From: Xylanibacter ruminicola 23 | GTDB taxonomy: Bacteria; Bacteroidota; Bacteroidia; Bacteroidales; Bacteroidaceae | DNA length: 32,000 nucleotides | Assembly: GCF_000025925.1 (NCBI RefSeq) | Contig: NC_014033.1 | Location: 2,790,001 to 2,822,000 of the forward strand | Direction of reading: 5' to 3' | Part shown: one piece after another, positions 1 to 5,418 of the stretch | How positions within the stretch are numbered: position 1 is the first letter of the stretch | How the letters are laid out: each line of letters starts with the position of its first letter | Position numbers and translations under genes: made by a program | Notes under the pieces: generated by a model | What the model was told of the DNA's origin: nothing | Database searches by the model: none | The model's input: only the letters and a program-made list of their open reading frames with translations

Positions 1-1052
1 CATGAAAGCAGCGTGTGAGCATCCTCAACACTGTTGGCACGTCCGCCACCATTGGGTTTCTCATTGTGGATAGAGATACCCTTCAGGAAGATAGGCTTAC
101 CGTTAAGCAGAATCTGCTTGCCACGTGTCTCGATGGTACGGAAGCCGATAGAATCAGCAACCATACCTGCATCGAGCGTGAGCTGCACATCATAGCGCTT
201 GGGGGTCTCAGGGCACCAGAGCTGCAGTTTCTTAGCAGCCACCTTCAGGATACCACTCACCTTGCCTTCGGCATCGGTAGTGAACTGCTGTTTCAACTTC
301 AGTTCAGGAATATACACCTCTACCTGATGACCAGCCTCCTTGGCGTTCATCTTAGCCGAAAAGGCGAGCTCTCTCACTTTGGCCTTACCGGCAGCCTTCA
401 TCAGCTGCAGGTCGTAGTTCTCCAAATAGTTCATGGGGACCTTTACCAGCTTCACGTCGCGGGTAATACCACCGTAGTTCCACCAGTCGAAAATCTGTGT
501 GGGCACATCCTCGGCATGACGCTTGTTATCCACCTTGACAATCACGGTGTTCTCGCCTTTCTTCAGCAAATCGCTGATATCATAGTTGAATGGGGTAAAG
601 CCACCTACGTGGTGACCAGCCTTCTTACCATTCACCCATACATGGCAATCGTAGTTTACAGCGCCAAAATACAGCAAGGTGCGGCATTCGGTCATAGGCA
701 CGGCCTGGAAACTTTTCTTAAACCAAACTGTTCCCTCGTAGAAGAACAGCTTTTCGTCTTGCGTATTCCAGTCAGAAGGGATCTTCATGGTTGGCGACTT
801 ATCGAAGTCGTACTCAATCAAATCCTCAGGTTTCTGGGGCTTGGCATTGATAAAGAAACCATTACGCATAGGGTTCATACGATAGTCGTAATAGCCCTCT
901 TCCTGTACATCAACAATGTAGTTCCAATCGCCATTCAGCGAACAACTCTCATATGCCTGCACATTCTGGATTAATGGCAGGGGCTCGTTAGCGGCTGAAG
1001 CTGCAAGCACACCACTTGCAGCCAGCAACATAGTAGTTAGTAATTTCTTCAT
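1..1052 (-). CDS. Glycoside hydrolase family 2 (beta-galactosidase/beta-glucuronidase-like), N-terminal ~350 aa; the 3' end lies beyond the left edge
   Basis: Absent from the supplied ORF track because it has no in-window stop. The reverse complement from the ATG at 1052-1050 reads MKKLLTTMLLAASGVLAASAANE (signal peptide). It continues ...IPSDWNTQDEKLFFYEGTVWFKKSF...LYFGAVNYDCHVWVNGKKAGHHVGGFTPFNYDISDLLKKGENTVIVKVDN (GH2 sugar-binding-domain pattern) and ...ILLNGKPIFLKGISIHNE (start of the TIM barrel), and stays open to position 3. The 15..974 + ORF is its antisense shadow. Confidence 0.8.
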   Translation of the reverse strand, partial: MKKLLTTMLLAASGVLAASAANEPLPLIQNVQAYESCSLNGDWNYIVDVQEEGYYDYRMNPMRNGFFINAKPQKPEDLIEYDFDKSPTMKIPSDWNTQDEKLFFYEGTVWFKKSFQAVPMTECRTLLYFGAVNYDCHVWVNGKKAGHHVGGFTPFNYDISDLLKKGENTVIVKVDNKRHAEDVPTQIFDWWNYGGITRDVKLVKVPMNYLENYDLQLMKAAGKAKVRELAFSAKMNAKEAGHQVEVYIPELKLKQQFTTDAEGKVSGILKVAAKKLQLWCPETPKRYDVQLTLDAGMVADSIGFRTIETRGKQILLNGKPIFLKGISIHNEKPNGGGRANSVEDAHTLLS

Positions 1053-1060
1053 ATCATTTG

Positions 1061-2998
1061 TTATTTGATGATTAATCCACCATTGGGCTGGATAGTAACC
1101 TTAGCCTTGCCCTTCTTATCAACCTTCAGGGTACCCATGGTAGGCTCGCCCTTCTGGTTATCTACATAGATAGTTGGTGTTTTGCCAGCCAACATCGAAA
1201 GATCGAGTGTAAGCTTGAGTGGTTCCTTCTGGGCATTCAAGCCTGCAATGTACCAATCAGCACCATGGCGACGGGCCAGAACCACGTACTTGCCAGGATA
1301 GCCATCAATATAGCGTGTCTCATCCCATGTAGCAGGCAATGTCTTCAGGAAGTCGAGCTCGAACTGAGGCAGTTCCTGCAGGTTGTTAGGACACATGGCC
1401 ACACACTGGATTGAAGTCTGGTTGGTAATGCCTGAAGCAATCTCGAAGATATCAGTAGTCTTGCGAGAGTGACGACTCTTGTTGTCGCGACTCAGATACT
1501 TGTTCATAATCACACCACCCCAGTCCATCGATGCCACAGCATTGCGGCAGAATGGATGCAAGGTAAGGTCGAATGGCTCGTGGATGGCAGCGCCCTCTCC
1601 AAAGAACACGTTCTCGCTGGCCAGCACAGCCTCAGAGGCTACGTAATTGGGGAACATACGCTCCCAACCGCGAGGCAGGGTACATCCATGGAAGATAACC
1701 TGAATGCCGTAACGGTTGGCATCAACCATGATATCCTCGTAAAGCTGCAGGGTTTCCTGCTTGTCGCCACCAAAGAAATCAACCTTGATGCCCTTCGCGC
1801 CAATCTGCTGCAACCACTTGAATTCGCGGTTACGAGCCAGCGAGGTATTCAAACAGTTACGTGGGCCCTGAGGCGCATCGTTCCAATAGCCGTTAGAGTT
1901 GTACCAAAGCATCAGGCTTACACCCTTGCTCTGTGCATAACGTGAGAGTTCCACCATTTTGTCACGACCTATCTGGGTATCCCAAAGGGCATCAACCAAG
2001 CAGTACTCGTAGCCCATAGCCGCAGCCAGGTCGATAAACTGTACCTGATCCTTATAAACGGTAGCACCATCCTGCCAGATAAGCCAGCTCCAGGTGTAAC
2101 GGCCCTCCTTATACTGTTCAGAGGCCTCGTAGAGTGGATCAACCACATCGTAGCTCACGGTAGTCTCAACGATAGGCTTCAGGGTTGAGCCTACGGTGAT
2201 GGTACGCCAAGGTGTTTCGGCAGGTAACGACAGCGCTACGAACTCCGAACCAAAGCCACCATTCTCGCCCTTGTCGGGGAAAGCGATGGTATAGCCTGTA
2301 CCAGGCTGATAATCAGAAACATGTGTGCCACAATATGCGCCAGTGGTACCTGTCTCGCTAACCAGTGCCCAACCATCCTGCAGGTGGAACAGGCAAGGGA
2401 AGGTGTAGCCACGACCATAGTGCGACTTCTCGTTCAGCTGGCCATCAACGCTATAACCCTCTTCGTAGCTGGGTTTAGTATTTGCCCAACCTGTCTTAGG
2501 ACCAATCTGTGGTGTGATAAATGTGGTGGTGCCATCAGGGAAGTTAAAGCTGGTAGCCTCGCCAAAAACCAGCGTGCGCTGCATGCCACGTGGAGCTTTG
2601 GCAATACCATACTTAAAAGCCACATCGTTATCAGCTACCATAAAGGTAACAGTCATCTGCAACTTCTGTTCGTTCTCGAGTGTTAATGTAAGTTTGTTGG
2701 CTTTGTAATCAATGTGCGAAGCCTTAACGGTACGGATATCATACTGCTTTGCCACAGCTTCGGTCTTGCTATCCACAATCTTCAAGCCCTGAGTCAAATC
2801 ACCAATGCTGGTGTTCAAGCCTAAGTTCGACTTGGTAACCATCTGCTTACCATCGAGCGATACCTGATAGGTAGCCTTGCCACCCTCATCGTTCACTGTA
2901 ACTTCCAGATTTCCACTTGGTGATTTCACCTTTACCTCCTCTGCCTGGCAGAGGCTTGTAGCCAACAAAGCGGCTACCAAAAAAACATTTCTGATCAT
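1061..2998 (-). CDS. Glycoside hydrolase family 97 (SusB-like alpha-glucosidase/alpha-galactosidase), secreted
   Basis: 645-aa ORF with signal peptide MIRNVFLVAALLATSLCQA. The N-terminal SPSGNLEVTV... beta-sandwich start and the ...GIKVDFFGGDKQE...VIFHGCTLPRGWERMFPNYVASEAVLASE block match my recollection of GH97 catalytic-barrel motifs. It ends 8 nt upstream of the GH2 start, so they probably form an operon. Confidence 0.75.
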   Translation of the reverse strand: MIRNVFLVAALLATSLCQAEEVKVKSPSGNLEVTVNDEGGKATYQVSLDGKQMVTKSNLGLNTSIGDLTQGLKIVDSKTEAVAKQYDIRTVKASHIDYKANKLTLTLENEQKLQMTVTFMVADNDVAFKYGIAKAPRGMQRTLVFGEATSFNFPDGTTTFITPQIGPKTGWANTKPSYEEGYSVDGQLNEKSHYGRGYTFPCLFHLQDGWALVSETGTTGAYCGTHVSDYQPGTGYTIAFPDKGENGGFGSEFVALSLPAETPWRTITVGSTLKPIVETTVSYDVVDPLYEASEQYKEGRYTWSWLIWQDGATVYKDQVQFIDLAAAMGYEYCLVDALWDTQIGRDKMVELSRYAQSKGVSLMLWYNSNGYWNDAPQGPRNCLNTSLARNREFKWLQQIGAKGIKVDFFGGDKQETLQLYEDIMVDANRYGIQVIFHGCTLPRGWERMFPNYVASEAVLASENVFFGEGAAIHEPFDLTLHPFCRNAVASMDWGGVIMNKYLSRDNKSRHSRKTTDIFEIASGITNQTSIQCVAMCPNNLQELPQFELDFLKTLPATWDETRYIDGYPGKYVVLARRHGADWYIAGLNAQKEPLKLTLDLSMLAGKTPTIYVDNQKGEPTMGTLKVDKKGKAKVTIQPNGGLIIK

Positions 2999-3029
2999 AG
3001 TTCGTTAGAAAATATTGATATTTTGGTTG

Positions 3030-3037
3030 CAAAGATA
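3030..3037 (-). promoter_or_regulatory. Bacteroidetes -7 promoter box (TATCTTTG on minus strand) for the GH97-GH2 operon
   Basis: Plus-strand CAAAGATA is the reverse complement of TAnnTTTG. It lies 31 nt upstream of the GH97 ATG (2998). Confidence 0.55.
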
Positions 3038-3162
3038 CGAATTATCTACCAACGTTAAAAGTCCCCCAACGTTAACAAATTGTAAAAAATACACTTCACC
3101 ATACAAGGATTCCTACTTTCTCTCATTATCTTGTCAGTAACAAACATAAAAAAGCTATAAGT

Positions 3163-3606
3163 ATGAAGAAGAATTGTTTTTTACAGATTTTTGCTGTTAT
3201 GCTGCTATCCATCAGCATAACTGGTTGTTCGAGTGATGAATTCGAAGGGGAAGGTCTCTATGGCAGATGGCGTTTGCTTGAAGTACAGAATGGACCAGGA
3301 TCACTAGGTGATGATGGACAACAGGCATGGAAGAAGGATATTCCAAATGATTATACGATTGAGATTAAAGGAGATGGAACCATTCTTTTTCCCGAAGACG
3401 AGAAGAACGCCTCAACACCGAGTACACCAGTTAAGTTGACTCTTGTTTCTTCTGAAGAAACTACTTATTCCAACTATCCTGTTCTAAAGATTGATGAAGT
3501 GCCATTCGGTTATGAGGTTACAAGTACTCGACTAAAACTTCACTATTACGGCTTCTACTTCTGCGACCATATTCCAGCCACATTCGTATTTAAGCGAATA
3601 AAATAA
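3163..3606 (+). CDS. Small lipoprotein, lipocalin-like (hypothetical)
   Basis: 147 aa. Lipobox SITG|C followed by an acidic stretch, SSDEFE. The GRWRLLEV...DGT...FVFKRIK pattern resembles the Bacteroidetes lipocalin-like small lipoproteins. Confidence 0.7.
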   Translation: MKKNCFLQIFAVMLLSISITGCSSDEFEGEGLYGRWRLLEVQNGPGSLGDDGQQAWKKDIPNDYTIEIKGDGTILFPEDEKNASTPSTPVKLTLVSSEETTYSNYPVLKIDEVPFGYEVTSTRLKLHYYGFYFCDHIPATFVFKRIK

Positions 3607-3740
3607 TCGCATATTGCCTACATGCCTACATAAAATTGCTCAAAACAACTGTGTTTATGGGCGTTTTCGTGTTGTCCAAGCCTACATAAAGCCCCACAAA
3701 AGCCTACATAAAGCCTACATGATTCCTACATAAAATCCAC

Positions 3741-3828
3741 AAAAAGTAGCTTTTTGATAGGCCAGAAGTAGCTTCTTGAGGCACAAGAAGTGGCTTCCTG
3801 CCGAGCAAAAAGTTACTTTTCAACGTAC
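3741..3828 (+). repeat. Four tandem 22-bp direct repeats (iteron-like)
   Basis: The units start at 3741, 3763, 3785 and 3807: aaaaagtagctttttgataggc / cagaagtagcttcttgaggcac / aagaagtggcttcctgccgagc / aaaaagttacttttcaacgtac. The core is RAAGTRGCTTYYTG and the register is exactly 22 bp. Confidence 0.85.
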
Positions 3829-3855
3829 CTGCAATAATTTGTAGTAAGGGTAATT

Positions 3856-3942
3856 GCGAAATTCTCTAGAGAATTTTTGGCTAAGTGCCGTACTAAAGAT
3901 TGCTAACTGCCTAGGAAACCGCAAAATTCTCTAGAGAATTTT
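3856..3942. repeat. Two copies of a perfect palindrome, AAATTCTCTAGAGAATTT, 65 bp apart
   Basis: 3859-3876 is an 18-bp perfect palindrome and 3923-3942 is a 20-bp perfect palindrome. The 22-nt blocks 3856-3877 and 3921-3942 differ at one base. Between them, GCTAAGTGCC (3880) and GCTAACTGCC (3902) repeat at a 22-bp spacing. Confidence 0.9.
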
Positions 3943-4140
3943 ACAACAAGTATTAAGGATAAAAGTTGTTATTCAGACAAAAACCATCTTCTACCCCGTG
4001 TATAAATGTTAAAACATGTAGGTATCACGTAGAAATGATGTAGGCTTTATGTAGGCTTTTGTGGGGCTTTATGTAGGCTTAAAAGTACAAGAAATCCTTT
4101 ATATATGCGGGTTTTGAGCGTTTTTATGTAGGCATGTAGG

Positions 4141-4566
4141 CTAACTGCGAACTTTTAAGCGGCGATAAACACAAATAGTACTCGCAAAACAGCCATACGA
4201 GTGGATGGTTAGCTTGTCGCCTTCTACTCTTAATGTTGTACCTCCAGTACTTTGCGAGTAATCGATATCGGGGGCGTAACACAAATAATAACTATCATCC
4301 CCTAGATTTGTTGGCTTAAGCCAATAAGGCATCTCACTTATCTGTTCGCCATCCACGATGTTAACAACGGTGCCATCACTTCTGAATTCCATGATGTTGT
4401 TGGTATTGACAGGCATACTTTGGGTCGACGGATAGAAGCCGTCTATCCGCTCAACTAACTGCCAGCTACCTACAACCGACTTTTTTACAGACGAAAGTCC
4501 ATCGTCGCTACTACATCCGCATAAAGCCAATAACAAGATGACTAATGAAAAAACCGCCTGTTTCAT
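4141..4566 (-). CDS. Small lipoprotein, lipocalin-like (hypothetical); distant paralogue of 3163-3606
   Basis: 141 aa. Signal plus lipobox LALCG|C followed by SSDD. The GSWQLVE...DGT...VYRRLK pattern parallels the 3163-3606 protein. Its stop codon (4143-4141) overlaps the last base of the foldback element. Confidence 0.7.
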   Translation of the reverse strand: MKQAVFSLVILLLALCGCSSDDGLSSVKKSVVGSWQLVERIDGFYPSTQSMPVNTNNIMEFRSDGTVVNIVDGEQISEMPYWLKPTNLGDDSYYLCYAPDIDYSQSTGGTTLRVEGDKLTIHSYGCFASTICVYRRLKVRS

Positions 4567-4583
4567 ATTTCTGTTTTTTGGGG

Positions 4584-5183
4584 TTAGTCCATAACATTCT
4601 CTACAGTACGTTTCATCACAATATTCTTCTTTTCAAGCTTGGGATAAAGACGCCAAAAGTAGATGTCGATGATAGCTTGAGTTGCAAAACCACCAACGTG
4701 GTGAAGCAACTTGGTTTGCAGCTCATAATAAGATTTTTTGTCTTTGAGAGCGATCTCGCCAAGCGAGAACGATCCGTCGTTACCCCAGGTTCGGCCGATA
4801 AGTAGGGTATATTTACTAAAATCTACATCGGGGAGCGGCTTACTACCCATATAGGCTTGCTGAAACTCCTGACGGCTATTGATCATCAAACATATTTCTT
4901 TGTCATAATCGCCATGGTCAAAAAAGGTTTTATATTCGTTACCTTGGCCGTCCCAATAAGGAGCATGCAGTTCTTCTTGGAAGAATGAGGCCAAAGGGTC
5001 GGAAGGGTCTGTTTCTGGTTTCCCCCATTGATTGTAAACCTCGCCGCCACGCACACCATCATCGTTACTGATAGCTATTATGCTATCATCGTCACCTCCA
5101 CAGCCCATTAATGTTGAGCCAACAAACGCCGCAACAACTATGATTATCAGCGTCATTGTAATCATTTCTATCGTTCGTTTCAT
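4584..5183 (-). CDS. Hypothetical lipoprotein
   Basis: 199 aa. A transmembrane/signal segment and lipobox TLMG|C are followed by GGDDDS. It lies 17 nt upstream of the 4141-4566 gene, so they probably form an operon. I recognise no family. Confidence 0.65.
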   Translation of the reverse strand: MKRTIEMITMTLIIIVVAAFVGSTLMGCGGDDDSIIAISNDDGVRGGEVYNQWGKPETDPSDPLASFFQEELHAPYWDGQGNEYKTFFDHGDYDKEICLMINSRQEFQQAYMGSKPLPDVDFSKYTLLIGRTWGNDGSFSLGEIALKDKKSYYELQTKLLHHVGGFATQAIIDIYFWRLYPKLEKKNIVMKRTVENVMD

Positions 5184-5300
5184 ACCGTTTGGTTGTTATA
5201 TGATTGAATGTTATTTTATTCTTAGAATGCAACAATAGGCAGAATCTTGCATAGCGAGGTATTTATTTAACAAACTTTCATTATTCACCCGGCCTAGTTG

Positions 5301-5308
5301 CAAAATTA
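5301..5308 (-). promoter_or_regulatory. Candidate -7 promoter box (TAATTTTG on minus strand) for the 5183-4141 lipoprotein operon
   Basis: Plus-strand CAAAATTA is the only TAnnTTTG match on the minus strand between 5184 and 5400. It lies ~117 nt upstream of the ATG at 5183. Confidence 0.4.
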
Positions 5309-5418
5309 TGTTAAAGTTTAAGGTCTCAATACAACGTTTTGCTTGTTTTTGCATTTAATACTTAGAACTTAGTTCTAAAAATGCATCAACCAAATGATTA
5401 TTGTGTATCTATAAAGAC

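Larger units (their letters stand above)
3616..4141. repeat. 526-bp foldback element with ~105-bp composite terminal inverted repeats (possible MITE-like or protein-binding element)
   Basis: The outer inverted repeat pairs 3616-3646 with 4111-4141 (29/31 matches, the terminal 20 bp perfect). The inner inverted repeat pairs 3678-3720 with 4038-4080 (43/43 perfect). The octamer GCCTACAT occurs 5 times plus TCCTACAT once in the left arm, and ATGTAGGC occurs 5 times plus ATGTAGGT once in the right arm. No ORF of 60 aa or more lies inside. Confidence 0.9.

Noticed and set aside
15-974. 319-aa plus-strand ORF at the left edge
   Set aside because: It is the antisense shadow of a clearly recognisable GH2 glycoside hydrolase on the minus strand (1..1052). 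Its translation is low-complexity, rich in L, H, I and V, and has no signal or domain pattern.
3741-3828. Possible CRISPR array suggested by the regular 22-bp repeats
   Set aside because: The repeats are contiguous with no unique spacers, are degenerate, number only four, and are shorter than CRISPR repeats. No cas genes are present.
3616-4141. Classical Bacteroides invertible promoter (inverton) flanked by inverted repeats
   Set aside because: I found no TAnnTTTG -7 box on either strand between the arms. Both neighbouring genes point into the element, so an inverting promoter would not drive a downstream gene. The arms (~105 bp) are also much longer than typical inverton repeats. Inversion by recombination is still testable, so this is downgraded rather than excluded.
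3616-4141. The element as a simple bidirectional Rho-independent terminator for the convergent lipoprotein genes
   Set aside because: The pairing partners are 300-500 nt apart, there is no compact GC-rich stem followed by a U-tract, and the interior is packed with other repeats. A terminator does not explain this structure.
4545-4805. 86-aa plus-strand ORF overlapping the lipoprotein genes
   Set aside because: It is antisense to the 4584-5183 lipoprotein gene and overlaps the 5' end of 4141-4566. It has no signal or motif.
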